This document shows positions 36,832 to 48,313 of a stretch of DNA of 64,000 nt, one piece after another. Both the position numbers and the translations under genes were made by a program. Source of the DNA: an uncultured bacterium. Lineage in GTDB: Bacteria; Vulcanimicrobiota; Xenobia; Xenobiales; Xenobiaceae. The stretch covers positions 19,708 through 83,707 of the forward strand of contig CATXCY010000005.1 in the NCBI GenBank assembly GCA_958366945.1, written 5' to 3'. The number at the start of each line of letters is the position of its first letter. Position 1 is the first letter of the stretch. The notes below the pieces were generated by a model that searched no databases, was not told the DNA's origin, and was given only the letters and a program-made list of their open reading frames with translations.

Positions 36832-38046
36832 GTGCAAAATTTAATTCACGTGATGGTTGTTTTCGGCACTCGCCCGGAAGCTATCAAGATGGCTCCGGTA
36901 GTTTTAGAGCTTAAAGCTAATCCTAGATTTAAAGTCACTACTGTAGTCACAGCTCAACACAGAGAAATTTTAGATCAAGTTCTTGATTTATTCCATATTG
37001 AGCCTGATGTAGATTTAAATACTATGAAGGCTAATCAAACTCTGACAGGTATTACTGTGCGCGTTTTGCAAGGTTTAGAGCCTGTTTTGCTTGAGAAACG
37101 GCCCGATATCGTGTTAGTACAGGGAGATACTTCTACAGCTTTTGTTGCCGGTTTAGCTGCCTTTTATCAGAAAATTCCTGTCGGCCACATTGAAGCTGGC
37201 CTGCGCACGGACAAAATTTATGATCCTTTCCCTGAAGAAATGAATAGGCGTTTGCTTTCCCGTTTGGCCGAAATGCAATTCCCTCCCACAAAATGGGCCT
37301 ATAATAATTTAGCTCAGGAAGGTTTAGTCTTTAAGGATACTTACATTACCGGAAATACAGTGGCTGATGCTCTTAAACTGATCGTCGCTGGTTTGCCTGA
37401 AGGAGTGCCTACCAATTTGCAATCTGTAGCTCCTTGGGGAGAAGAAGCAAGCGCATCTAAAGTCGATCCTTTGGAATTTATGGCTAATTCTGGCAAGCGA
37501 ATGGTCTTAGTTGAAACTCACAGAAGGGAAAATCTGGGACAGCCTATGGCTCAGATTTGCCGCGCTTTGCATCGTTTAACCGAGAAATTTGACGATATCG
37601 AGTTGGTATTCAGCGTTCATCCTAATCCAAAAGTTCGCGAAGTTGTTTGCCCTGCTTTGCAAGGTTTGCCCAGAGTTCATCTTTTAGAGCCTATGCCTTA
37701 TACCAACTTGCTTCGCTTAATGCGTTCGGCCTATTTAATTATGACCGATTCTGGAGGCATTCAGGAAGAAGCACCTTCTTTAGGCGTGCCTGTAGTTGTA
37801 TTGAGAGAAACTACTGAGCGTCCTGAAGGTATCGAATCCGGAAATGCCGTTTTAGCTGGCTGTGATGAAGACAAAGTCTTTGCTTTAGCGGCTGACATTT
37901 TAGAACATAATGATGTCCATGAATGCATGGCCAAAACTTCCAGCCCTTACGGCGATGGTTTGGCTTCTCAACGTATTGCCGAAGCTATTTTGCATAAATT
38001 CTATCCTGCTGAATTTGCTGCTCCCGAACCGTTTGCGGTTAAGTAA
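36832..38046 (+). CDS. wecB: UDP-N-acetylglucosamine 2-epimerase (non-hydrolysing)
   Basis: VMVVFGTRPEAIKMAPV...HIEAGLRT...DSGGIQEEAPSLGVPVVVLRETTERPE. A GTG start follows the wecA-like stop with an RBS GAGGAGAG. Confidence 0.85.
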   Translation: MQNLIHVMVVFGTRPEAIKMAPVVLELKANPRFKVTTVVTAQHREILDQVLDLFHIEPDVDLNTMKANQTLTGITVRVLQGLEPVLLEKRPDIVLVQGDTSTAFVAGLAAFYQKIPVGHIEAGLRTDKIYDPFPEEMNRRLLSRLAEMQFPPTKWAYNNLAQEGLVFKDTYITGNTVADALKLIVAGLPEGVPTNLQSVAPWGEEASASKVDPLEFMANSGKRMVLVETHRRENLGQPMAQICRALHRLTEKFDDIELVFSVHPNPKVREVVCPALQGLPRVHLLEPMPYTNLLRLMRSAYLIMTDSGGIQEEAPSLGVPVVVLRETTERPEGIESGNAVLAGCDEDKVFALAADILEHNDVHECMAKTSSPYGDGLASQRIAEAILHKFYPAEFAAPEPFAVK

Positions 38047-38052
38047 ATCGCT

Positions 38053-38916
38053 ATGGATGAAAACAAGAGTCGCTTAAACGATCAGGATTTGTCTATTGAA
38101 GAGCTAGAGGCTATCTTCTCTGGCCCTTCTTTGGCTGATTCTATCGATTCTGAGGCCGACCGAGAAGAATTGGCTCGCTTAGCTCAAAGTGTTTTAAATC
38201 AAACGGAGTCCAAAGGCGAGCCTTTACTTAAAAGCTCTTTTAATTCCGGAAAAGAGCTATCCAATGCTATAAATCCTGAAGCTAGTCACGCAACGGTTCC
38301 AGAGAAAAATTTGCCAAAAGAAATGGGCTTGTCTAATATTAAAGATAAGCATCTTGGAACTGCTTTAAGTGCTCAACTTAATCTTATGGCTTCCGGAGCT
38401 TCTGATGTCGCTGCTCGTCGTACTTCAGAAAAACAATATGAAGTTAGCACTTTTGCCGCTGCTCCGGAGAAGAAAATCGAAGTACAAGCTATTTCGACTG
38501 TACAAGAGCAAGATAATGAAAGTGCAGAGCCTGAGCCTAATTCTCCTGAAGCTTTGCGTGAGCGTATAAAAGCTTACCAAGAGCGTACACGAGAAAAGAA
38601 CCTAATGGCTCAATCTTTGGGAGTAGTTTTTTCTTTTGGCTTTACCGTAGCTGCTGTTATTTTGGCTTTTTGGTGGCTAGGCCAGCGGGCTGTTGAATAC
38701 AGCGGCCGTGCTTGGTTGGCTTATCCGTGCATTATTTTTGGAGTTTTGCTGGGCTTATATTCAGGAGCATTGGTACTTAAGCCCTTCCTCAAAGGAGCGC
38801 TGCCAGTAGTTCCGCTTGCTAAAGACAAAGTCCAAAACACTAGTCAAGCTATGACCACAGCCGAAAATGGTGGCTCTAAAGCACCGTCGGTTGATGAGGG
38901 CGAGGGCCAAAAATGA
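38053..38916 (+). CDS. hypothetical protein with an acidic N-terminus and two C-terminal TM helices
   Basis: ORF immediately upstream of the ATP synthase operon. There are no recognisable motifs. Confidence 0.5.
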   Translation: MDENKSRLNDQDLSIEELEAIFSGPSLADSIDSEADREELARLAQSVLNQTESKGEPLLKSSFNSGKELSNAINPEASHATVPEKNLPKEMGLSNIKDKHLGTALSAQLNLMASGASDVAARRTSEKQYEVSTFAAAPEKKIEVQAISTVQEQDNESAEPEPNSPEALRERIKAYQERTREKNLMAQSLGVVFSFGFTVAAVILAFWWLGQRAVEYSGRAWLAYPCIIFGVLLGLYSGALVLKPFLKGALPVVPLAKDKVQNTSQAMTTAENGGSKAPSVDEGEGQK

Positions 38917-39269
38917 TGGGCACTTTATCCATACTAAACATAAAAGCTTTTGTGTGCGGATCTGCTATCGGTATTTTGCATTGGATAACTTGGTATTGGT
39001 GGTCAAATAAATTCTTTCAATCCTTGATTGACAAGGAATTAAATAATTCCTGGGGGAAGATGGACGGCGCATTCCTCAAAACACAGTTCTTTTTACCATG
39101 GCTGGTTGTTATTGGAGGCGTGTATGGAGCTTTTAAGCTCCTTTCATTTCCCGTATTGCCCGTGTGTTTGGGCATTGTGGCTGCTGTTTCGATTGGACTT
39201 ATTTTTGTGGTCTTCTTCGTTACTAAGCAGGAGCAAACCGGCTCGCGGCGGGCTAAGGAGGAAAAATAA
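38913..39269 (+). CDS. atpI: AtpI/Atp1-like small membrane protein
   Basis: 118 aa hydrophobic protein overlapping the previous stop and directly preceding atpB. Confidence 0.55.
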   Translation: MMGTLSILNIKAFVCGSAIGILHWITWYWWSNKFFQSLIDKELNNSWGKMDGAFLKTQFFLPWLVVIGGVYGAFKLLSFPVLPVCLGIVAAVSIGLIFVVFFVTKQEQTGSRRAKEEK

Positions 39270-39271
39270 TT

Positions 39272-40288
39272 ATGGGCTGGAGTTGTTTGGGGGGAGTTGC
39301 AGCAAGCGCCTTTTTAGCCTCAGCGCCCATTGAGGCTGTCGGATTGGCAAATCTTGGCAATCAGATCTTAATCGCTTCTACAATTTTAGTGATAGTTGCG
39401 GCTCTGGTTTTGGCTGCTATAGGACGTCGGCAGCTTGGTGTCGTTTCCACAGGTATGGGAGCTGTATTCGAGCACGTCTACGAATTTGTCAACGATATGG
39501 CCTCTTCTTTTATGGGAGAGCGTGGCGAGCGTTACACTCCTTTCGCCATGTCGATATTTTTATTCGTTCTCTTGTGCAACTGGTCTGGCCTCTTGCCTGT
39601 ACCTGCCGTACTTTTTGGCGGAGAAGAGGGACACTCTCACCTTATTTTTGAAGCTCCCACCGCTTCTTATAACACGACTTTAGCTTTGGCTATCGTTTCT
39701 TGTATTGCTTTCACTTATTATGGGCTTAAGCAAAAGATTTGCGGTGATCCTCTTCAGGAACGCCTTGAAGCTGAAAAGGCTGCTCAAAAGAAAGCTGCTC
39801 TGTCAGCTGAAGGCGATTCTAAAGAAAAAGCTATCGTGTCCCATTTTGAAGAGGGACATGGTCTGTTCGTAGGCTTTTTCGTTTGGTTGCAACACTACTT
39901 AGGGCCTGTGCCGGAATTATGGCAACAGTTTACCGGAATTATGCGTTATGTTTTGGTTCCGGCTTTGGCTGTGCTTTTCTGTGGCTTAAATATCATCGAA
40001 GAAGTTGCCCGTTTACTGTCTCTCTCTTTCCGTCTTTATGGAAATATTCACGGAGAGCATGAAGTTAAGAGCAATTTGCTCGGAGTCGGCGGAGAATTCT
40101 TCCGCTCCATTTTCGCTGCTGACGCCAGTATGGCTGTCAAGTTTAAAGGCGCAATTTTGAGCTTCGCCATGTGGGGCGTTTCCCTCTTCGTTACTTGTAT
40201 CGGTGCTTTAGCCGGTTTCATCCAGGCTTTTGTATTTTGCATCTTAACTTTATCTTATATCAGCCACTTAGTAGCTGACGAACATTAA
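39272..40288 (+). CDS. atpB: F0F1 ATP synthase subunit a
   Basis: Polytopic protein ending with the conserved Arg-containing helix LSLSFRLYGNI. Confidence 0.85.
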   Translation: MGWSCLGGVAASAFLASAPIEAVGLANLGNQILIASTILVIVAALVLAAIGRRQLGVVSTGMGAVFEHVYEFVNDMASSFMGERGERYTPFAMSIFLFVLLCNWSGLLPVPAVLFGGEEGHSHLIFEAPTASYNTTLALAIVSCIAFTYYGLKQKICGDPLQERLEAEKAAQKKAALSAEGDSKEKAIVSHFEEGHGLFVGFFVWLQHYLGPVPELWQQFTGIMRYVLVPALAVLFCGLNIIEEVARLLSLSFRLYGNIHGEHEVKSNLLGVGGEFFRSIFAADASMAVKFKGAILSFAMWGVSLFVTCIGALAGFIQAFVFCILTLSYISHLVADEH

Positions 40289-40492
40289 GAGTCTATAAAA
40301 AGGTAAGCTTTTAGAGACGGCACGCACTTATGCTGCTCTTCAAACAGCAGTACAATAGAGGACGCCGCTGCTTTTTGAAAAAAATGGCGGGAATCGTAAT
40401 CTTTGGGTTGCCAGTAGCGGTTTTGCTAGCGCTGGTGAAAAGTGTGCGAAGAAATTTAGGAAGTTGTCTCTAAGTTGTTTCGGAGGTAAAAA

Positions 40493-40858
40493 ATGTACTC
40501 TAAAGTTGGAAAATTGTTTGGCATTTTGTCTATGCTTGCCATGGGAGTTTTCTGCTCTATGCCCGCTTTGGCTCAGGAAGCTGCTGAGACCGCTACTGCG
40601 GCTGCTGCTACTGGCAATGAAACCTATTTCTTGAGCACCAGCGCTATTTATGCTTTGTCTGCAGCTCTCGTTCTTGGCTTAGCCACCGTCGCCGGTGGCT
40701 TAGGTCAGGCTAACGCTGCTGCCAAGGCAGTTGAAGGTGTTGCTCGTAATCCTGAAGCTTCTGGCAAGATTCAGAGCTTGTGCCTCTTGAGCTTGGCCTT
40801 CATTGAGTCTTTAAGCATTTACGCTTTAGTTATCGCTTTGTTGCTTATCAACAAGTAA
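40493..40858 (+). CDS. atpE: F0F1 ATP synthase subunit c with an N-terminal signal-peptide-like extension
   Basis: The C-terminal 80 aa form a c-subunit hairpin ([21 protein letters not shown]...[15 protein letters not shown]). The N-terminal ~35 aa look like a cleavable signal peptide ([11 protein letters not shown]). Confidence 0.85.
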   Translation: MYSKVGKLFGILSMLAMGVFCSMPALAQEAAETATAAAATGNETYFLSTSAIYALSAALVLGLATVAGGLGQANAAAKAVEGVARNPEASGKIQSLCLLSLAFIESLSIYALVIALLLINK

Positions 40859-40945
40859 TCGATACTTTAGCCTAATCCCGCTGGAAATCTTCCATACATT
40901 TAGTTGAAGATGAAGACGGGCGTGACGAACCTATTTCGGGAAAAT

Positions 40946-41040
40946 ACCGTGGGTCGCACGGGAATCTACGCCTGTGGAGAGAGTGTAAGCCGCTGCAGTT
41001 CCTCGGAGCTGCAGTGCTGTTTTCGCAGAAGCAGGAATCC
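40946..41040 (+). ncRNA. conserved GC-rich structured RNA motif, copy 2 (inside the ATP synthase operon)
   Basis: See copy 1. Hairpin CUGCAG-uUCCucGGAg-CUGCAG at 40993-41014, with an upstream CCGUG-ggucg-CACGG stem-loop. Confidence 0.5.
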
Positions 41041-41081
41041 CCCACCTAATAGGCGGGAGTGCGTTCACTTAGGAGGTGTCG

Positions 41082-41588
41082 ATGGACATAATCCTCGCCT
41101 TGTTGAAGAATATGGGCTCTGAACCGCTAATGATAGTGGTTCAGGTGTTCCTTTTCTACGTTTTCCATTTATTGATGAGCCAAATTCTCTATAAGCCTAT
41201 GTTAGCGGCTCGCCGCGAGCGTAAGGCACAGACTGCCGATAAGGTTAGTCAGGCTCAGGAATTGAATGAAATAACGATCAAGGCTAAGACTGAATATGAA
41301 GAAAAAGTCCGTCTGGCCAGAAAAAAAGCTCTTGAACGAGTACAAGCAGCCCAGAAAGAGGCTGAAGATCTTCGTCAGGAGCGCTTAACCAAAGCTAAAG
41401 CCGAATCTGAGACTATTATCGAAAAAGCCAAGGCTTCGGTCAAAGAAGAGCGCTGTCGCGCAGAGGCCGAGCTCGATTCGGCTGTATCCAAGTTGGCTTC
41501 GGAAGCTGCTTGGCGCATACTTTCTGGTCTTACTAGCGGTCGCGAGCGTGAGCGTGTTGAAAAATTTGTAAAGGAGAGCGTAAAATGA
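41082..41588 (+). CDS. atpF2: F0F1 ATP synthase subunit b' (second b-type subunit)
   Basis: N-terminal TM helix followed by a long charged coiled coil. The ATG at 41082 follows an RBS AGGAGG. A second b-type gene follows. Confidence 0.75.
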   Translation: MDIILALLKNMGSEPLMIVVQVFLFYVFHLLMSQILYKPMLAARRERKAQTADKVSQAQELNEITIKAKTEYEEKVRLARKKALERVQAAQKEAEDLRQERLTKAKAESETIIEKAKASVKEERCRAEAELDSAVSKLASEAAWRILSGLTSGRERERVEKFVKESVK

Positions 41589-42070
41589 CCAACTCATTCG
41601 ATTTTTTTGCCGGTCTTTTGAGCTTTTGTATCCTCCTTTACGGCCTTAAGTTTGTGCTTTACGATACTTTGGTGCAAGTAGCTAAAGATCGTGCCAAATC
41701 AGCTCAAGATCGCATATCCGAAGCTGAAGATATTTTATGCCAGGCTCAAAAGCAATCCGCTGAATGGAATGCCAAGCTGCAAAATCTTCCTGTTGAGTTG
41801 GAAGAAATTGAAGCTAAAGCCAAGCTTGATGCCGAACAAATAATCAGCGAAGGTCAAGAACATTCCGAAAAAGAGGCTGCAGCCGTTTTATCCAGTGCCC
41901 AAAACGAAGCTTCTTCTTTGCGCTCTAAAGTGCAAGACGAACTTCAGTTGCATATGGCCGACAAAATTACAGAACGTGCCGAATCTATTATTCGCGCTTC
42001 TTTAGACGAATCTGTCTCTCAGAATATAATCGAAAATTTCTTGACAAAGATGAGGGCTGAGCATGCTTGA
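41585..42070 (+). CDS. atpF: F0F1 ATP synthase subunit b
   Basis: TM helix plus coiled coil. It overlaps the previous stop by 4 bp (ATGA). Confidence 0.75.
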   Translation: MTNSFDFFAGLLSFCILLYGLKFVLYDTLVQVAKDRAKSAQDRISEAEDILCQAQKQSAEWNAKLQNLPVELEEIEAKAKLDAEQIISEGQEHSEKEAAAVLSSAQNEASSLRSKVQDELQLHMADKITERAESIIRASLDESVSQNIIENFLTKMRAEHA

Positions 42071-42608
42071 TGAATCATTGGCCAAACGCTACGCCGCTGC
42101 CCTTTACGCTTCTGCTAGCGCCAAGAAGCAGCAAAGAGAACAGCTCAAAGAGCTGCGCATTATTCAAAAAGAGCTGTCCGAACATGTTCAATTGAATCAG
42201 TGTCTGGTTTCTCCGGCTGTAGCTCGTCCCGTAAAGAAAAAAATTATACAAGCTGTCTTTGCTGATAAAATTTCCGTCCGCGCTTTCAATTTTTTGTTCG
42301 TGCTTATAGATAAAGGGCGCGAAGCTTGCCTGAATGACATTATCGAGTGCTTCAAAAGACAGTTCTGTGAAGAAAATGGCATAGTTGAAGTGACTGTTGA
42401 GTCTGCTTCCGAGCTGGATATGCAACTTTGCATCTTTATTGAAACTCACCTGAACAAAATTACAGGCAAGAAGATCAAGATGCAGACAGTTGTTCGCCCT
42501 GAGCTTATCGGCGGTTTGGTCGTGAAATACGACGGATGCCTCTACGACGGAAGCATTAAGCGCCATCTTGGCAACATTCATAGCCTTATGGCCCCTAAGC
42601 GTTCCTAA
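42063..42608 (+). CDS. atpH: F0F1 ATP synthase subunit delta
   Basis: About 180 aa in the conserved position between b and alpha, with an OSCP-like N-terminus (AKRYAAALY). Confidence 0.8.
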   Translation: MLDESLAKRYAAALYASASAKKQQREQLKELRIIQKELSEHVQLNQCLVSPAVARPVKKKIIQAVFADKISVRAFNFLFVLIDKGREACLNDIIECFKRQFCEENGIVEVTVESASELDMQLCIFIETHLNKITGKKIKMQTVVRPELIGGLVVKYDGCLYDGSIKRHLGNIHSLMAPKRS

Positions 42609-42641
42609 GGTTCCGCTTTTCACAACTCTTTGGAGGAAAAT

Positions 42642-44162
42642 ATGGCAATTCGTTCAGACGAAATATCTGAAATTCTGCGCCAGCAGATAGACGGGTACAA
42701 TCCTGAAGTTGAAGAAACTTCATACGGAACTGTTATCCAAGTAGGCGACAATATCGCTACAGTATATGGCCTTAAAGATGCACGCGCCGGTGAGTTGTTG
42801 CGCTTCCCTAACGGTATTTACGGTATGATTATGAACCTCGAAGAGGATTGTATCGGCTGTATCGTCATGGGCCCTGACGATGAAATCCGCGAAGGCGATC
42901 GCGTAGAGCGTACCGATCGTATTGCCGAAGTGCCAGTAGGTGAATGCATGTTCGGTCGTGTGGTTAATGCTTTAGGGCAACCTATCGACGGTTTGGGGCC
43001 TATCGCTTCTACTGAGACACGTCCTGTTGAGTTTACTGCTCCTACCGTAATTGAGCGCCGTTCTGTAGGCGAACCCATGCAAACCGGACTTAAAGCTATT
43101 GACGCTTTGGTACCGGTGGGCCGCGGCCAGCGCGAGTTGATTATTGGTGACCGCCAGTTGGGCAAAACCGCTATCGCTGTTGACGCCATGATCAACCAAA
43201 AAGATTCTGATATTTATTGCATTTATGTAGCTATCGGTCAGAAGGCTAACTCTGTAGCTACTTTGGTGGAAACTTTAAAGCGCGAAGGCGTTATGCATAA
43301 GTGTGCTGTGGTAGTGGCTAATGCCAACGAATCTCCTTCATTGCTTTATTTAGCTCCTTACACAGGTTGTGCTATCGGCGAGCATATGATGTACAACGGC
43401 AAGCATGTATTGATCATTTATGATGATCTTTCTAAACATGCTAAGGCTTACCGCGAAATATCTTTGCTTTTGCGTCGTCCTCCGGGGCGTGAAGCTTACC
43501 CTGGCGACGTCTTTTATTTGCATTCTCGTCTTTTGGAGAGAGCTGCTAAGCTGTCCGACGAGTTGGGCGGTGGCTCTATGACCGCTTTACCTATTATTGA
43601 AACTCAGTTAGGTGACGTCTCCGCTTATATTCCTACAAACGTAATCTCCATTACCGACGGTCAGATCTATCTTAACTCCGACTTGTTCTATTCCGGTACT
43701 CGTCCTGCTGTAGATGTAGGCCTTTCGGTATCTCGTGTAGGTGGCGCTGCTCAGATGAAAGCCGTTAAGCAAGTGGCCGGCCCTCTGCGTATGGACTTAG
43801 CCCAATATCACGCTTTGGCTGCCTATGCCAAGCTTAGTGCCGATGAACTTGATGCCGTCAGCCGCGCTCAGTTAGCTCGAGGCGACAGGGTTACAGCAGT
43901 TCTCAATCAGAGGCAGTATGTACCTATGAGTGCAGACTTACAGGTGGCCATTATCTTTGCCGTGACTAAGGGATACCTTGACGATATTGAATTAGTTGAT
44001 GTCTCACGTTTCGAAAGTGAATTTTTGAAATTCATGAAGGCTTCCCATAAGGATGTATTGGATGCCATTAGAGAAACTGGCAAGTTGGAAGATGCTACTT
44101 CTGATAAGCTTGTTGATGCTATCAAAGAGTTCAAACAAGGGTTCACACCTTCGGCTAAGTAG
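42642..44162 (+). CDS. atpA: F0F1 ATP synthase subunit alpha
   Basis: Walker A GDRQLGKT and alpha-subunit length. Confidence 0.95.
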   Translation: MAIRSDEISEILRQQIDGYNPEVEETSYGTVIQVGDNIATVYGLKDARAGELLRFPNGIYGMIMNLEEDCIGCIVMGPDDEIREGDRVERTDRIAEVPVGECMFGRVVNALGQPIDGLGPIASTETRPVEFTAPTVIERRSVGEPMQTGLKAIDALVPVGRGQRELIIGDRQLGKTAIAVDAMINQKDSDIYCIYVAIGQKANSVATLVETLKREGVMHKCAVVVANANESPSLLYLAPYTGCAIGEHMMYNGKHVLIIYDDLSKHAKAYREISLLLRRPPGREAYPGDVFYLHSRLLERAAKLSDELGGGSMTALPIIETQLGDVSAYIPTNVISITDGQIYLNSDLFYSGTRPAVDVGLSVSRVGGAAQMKAVKQVAGPLRMDLAQYHALAAYAKLSADELDAVSRAQLARGDRVTAVLNQRQYVPMSADLQVAIIFAVTKGYLDDIELVDVSRFESEFLKFMKASHKDVLDAIRETGKLEDATSDKLVDAIKEFKQGFTPSAK

Positions 44163-44190
44163 TCGCAGTTAACTTTTTTCAAGGAGAATC

Positions 44191-45108
44191 ATGGCTAGCG
44201 ACAGAGAATTAAAACAGCGTATTCGCTCCGTCAAAAGCATCGGTCAGATTACCAATGCTATGAAGATGGTGGCCAGTTCGCAAATTCGTAAAGTAGAATC
44301 TCAGGCTATTGAGGGTCGTCCTTACGCCGATAAGCTGCGCCAGGTCATAGGTGAGCTTTCGCAGCAAATTCAAGATTCTAAGCATCCTTTGTTAGAGAGT
44401 CGTGAAGTTAAAAATATCGGCGTAATAGTTGTTGGTGCCGATAATGGTCTGTGCGGCGGCTATAATTCTAGCCTGAATAAAATTGCGCTCAAGACGCTAA
44501 GTGAGCTTCCTTTCCGTCCGGCTAAGCTTATTTGCTTAGGAGGCAAAGCGGCTCGCGGTGTCGTCAGAGGCGGCTATAAGCCGGACAAGACCTATTTAAA
44601 ATGGGAAGCCGGTTTTGACTTAGCCGCCGAGTTATCAGAAATGATAACGAAGTGGTTTTTAGAAGGCGAAGTAGATGAAGTTTGGGGAGTTTATACTAAA
44701 GCGGTAAGCACTTTAGTATGCGAACCGACTAAACAACTTCTTTTGCCTATGGCTGCTCTCAACTCTCAGGAAAAGAGCAGTGAAAAAAAAGGCTCCAATC
44801 AGAAAGCAGATTTAAGCAAAAACGAAACTGCAAAAAGTTCTAGTTTTGCCGACTATACGTTTGAGCCTGATTGCAACTCTGCTTTAGAGAAGGTTGTCCC
44901 CATGTACTTGCGGGCTATCGTTTCTCAAATGCTTTTTGAATCTAAAACTTCCGAATTCGGTTCACGCTTAAGGGCTATGACTAACGCTACGGAAAATGCC
45001 GATAAGTTGGCTTCAGAGCTCACCTTGAAGTATTACCGTGTACGTCAGAATAATATTACTACCGAGATTATTGAGATCTCTAGCGGTGCTGAAGCGCTTA
45101 ATAGCTAG
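44191..45108 (+). CDS. atpG: F0F1 ATP synthase subunit gamma
   Basis: N-terminal IRSVKSIGQITNAMKMVASS and a C-terminal helix. Confidence 0.9.
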   Translation: MASDRELKQRIRSVKSIGQITNAMKMVASSQIRKVESQAIEGRPYADKLRQVIGELSQQIQDSKHPLLESREVKNIGVIVVGADNGLCGGYNSSLNKIALKTLSELPFRPAKLICLGGKAARGVVRGGYKPDKTYLKWEAGFDLAAELSEMITKWFLEGEVDEVWGVYTKAVSTLVCEPTKQLLLPMAALNSQEKSSEKKGSNQKADLSKNETAKSSSFADYTFEPDCNSALEKVVPMYLRAIVSQMLFESKTSEFGSRLRAMTNATENADKLASELTLKYYRVRQNNITTEIIEISSGAEALNS

Positions 45109-45152
45109 TCGGCTTTTTGTAGCATCGCGGTGGCCGAAGGTCGCCTTTGTAG

Positions 45153-46616
<1,464 letters not shown>

Positions 46617-46640
46617 GATCTTTTTTGGCGGGAGGCCATT

Positions 46641-47015
46641 ATGAGCGATTTGTTATTCCATTTAGAAGTTGTCACCCCGAGCAGTCGTGTTTTTAGCGGA
46701 GAAGTAAGCCAAGTTTCTTTGGCTGGCGTTAAGGGGCAGATGTGCATTTTGGCTAATCATGCGCCCCTTTTGGCTCTCCTTCAGCCTGGTCTAGTCGTCT
46801 TTAAAGAAGATGGCAATGATGAACAAATGCTGGCGGCTGCTGGCGGCTTTGTACAAGTTCAAGACAACAACGTTAGCGTTTTGGTGGATCGAGTCTGGAG
46901 AGAAGAAGACTTGCCCGACGATCTGAGCATGGACGAAAAGCCTGCCGATCTGGATAAACGATATGAAGCTGAGTTGCTTTATGCGGCCAAAGTTAAGTTG
47001 AAAGCGGGTGTTTAA
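46641..47015 (+). CDS. atpC: F0F1 ATP synthase subunit epsilon
   Basis: 124 aa with beta-sandwich plus helical hairpin. It follows atpD. Confidence 0.85.
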   Translation: MSDLLFHLEVVTPSSRVFSGEVSQVSLAGVKGQMCILANHAPLLALLQPGLVVFKEDGNDEQMLAAAGGFVQVQDNNVSVLVDRVWREEDLPDDLSMDEKPADLDKRYEAELLYAAKVKLKAGV

Positions 47016-47018
47016 ATT

Positions 47019-48299
47019 ATGGCCAGCAGACTGGTTATTAAGGGAGGAAGGCCCTTAGTCGGATCTTTGGAGGCCAGCGGAGCTAAAAATGCGTGCTTGC
47101 CCATTATGGCAGCTTCTATTTTAGCTCAAGGTGTAGTTGAGCTGGAGCGTGTCCCTAATATTTCAGACGTTAGGGTTATGGCTGATATTCTGCGTGAAAT
47201 TGGCGTAGAAGTAAATTTCGACGCTAGCCTTGGCCATATGCAGCTCGATTCTTCGCACTTAAAAACTACTCGTGCTCCAGAAGAGCTAGTGCGCAAGATG
47301 AACGCTTCTTTCGATGTCATGGGCCCTTTGCTGGCTCGTTGCGGAGAAGGCGAAGTGAGTATGCCTGGTGGTTGTCGTTTGGGCCCTCGTCCTGTCAACT
47401 TCCACATTGAAGCTTTTAAAAAGTTGGGCGCTGAAGTAACGGTTGAAGGTGGCTTTGTCAAAGCCAAGGCTAATGGCTTAAAAGGGGCCCATATCCTTTT
47501 CCAGTCTGTCAGCGTCGGAGCAACCAAAAACGCCATGATGGCCGCAACTATGGCTGAAGGCACTACTATTTTGGAAGGCTGTGCTAGAGAGCCCGAAATC
47601 TCTGATTTAGCCGAATTCCTTATCAAAATGGGAGCCAAAATTAGCGGTATCGGTACTCAGACTTTGCAAATAGAGGGCGTTAAGAAGTTGCACGGCGCCA
47701 AGCATTCCATCATTGCCGATCGTATCGAAGGTTGCACTTATCTTTTAGGCGCTGTTATTACAGGCGGCGACGTCACGATGGAAAAATTTGACGCCGAATA
47801 CAGTGGCGCTCTCTTAGCTCAGTTGGAAAAAGCTGGTCAAGAAGTTATTGTTGGTGATCATTTTGTGCGCGTAAAAGGACGCCGTCCTATTTTGCCCTTG
47901 GAAATAGCGACCGCTCCTTATCCTGGTTTCCCTACCGACTTGCATCCGCAAATAGTGGCTGCGCTCACTTTATCTACAGGCGTAAGCGCTTTGTCAGAAA
48001 CTATTTTTGACAGTCGCTTTATGTATGTGATGGAACTGGTGCGTTTAGGTGCCGATCTTTTGGCTTCTGGTAAGTACGTACGTATTCGTGGCGTAGAAAA
48101 GTTGGTCGGTGCTCCGGTAGATGCTCCCGACATCAGAGCCGGTGGTGCTTTGGTTCTGGCTGGTCTAGCCGCCGAAGGTGAAACGATTATACGTGGTGTC
48201 AAGTATATCGACCGAGGTTATCAGCAGCTTGAACAAAAACTTACTGCTTTAGGAGCTCAAATAGAAAGAGTAGAAGGGCCATTACCGCAAGTGCCGTAA
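47019..48299 (+). CDS. murA: UDP-N-acetylglucosamine 1-carboxyvinyltransferase
   Basis: MurA signature (LVIKGG...GAKNA) with an active-site loop PGGCRLG around Cys. Confidence 0.9.
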   Translation: MASRLVIKGGRPLVGSLEASGAKNACLPIMAASILAQGVVELERVPNISDVRVMADILREIGVEVNFDASLGHMQLDSSHLKTTRAPEELVRKMNASFDVMGPLLARCGEGEVSMPGGCRLGPRPVNFHIEAFKKLGAEVTVEGGFVKAKANGLKGAHILFQSVSVGATKNAMMAATMAEGTTILEGCAREPEISDLAEFLIKMGAKISGIGTQTLQIEGVKKLHGAKHSIIADRIEGCTYLLGAVITGGDVTMEKFDAEYSGALLAQLEKAGQEVIVGDHFVRVKGRRPILPLEIATAPYPGFPTDLHPQIVAALTLSTGVSALSETIFDSRFMYVMELVRLGADLLASGKYVRIRGVEKLVGAPVDAPDIRAGGALVLAGLAAEGETIIRGVKYIDRGYQQLEQKLTALGAQIERVEGPLPQVP

Positions 48300-48313
48300 A
48301 TTCTTAGCGGTAT

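Noticed and set aside
40904-41122. 72 aa ORF between atpE and atpF'
   Set aside because: It coincides with the conserved GC-rich RNA motif. Its Cys/Arg-rich translation reflects GC-rich structured RNA rather than protein, and it overlaps the atpF' RBS.
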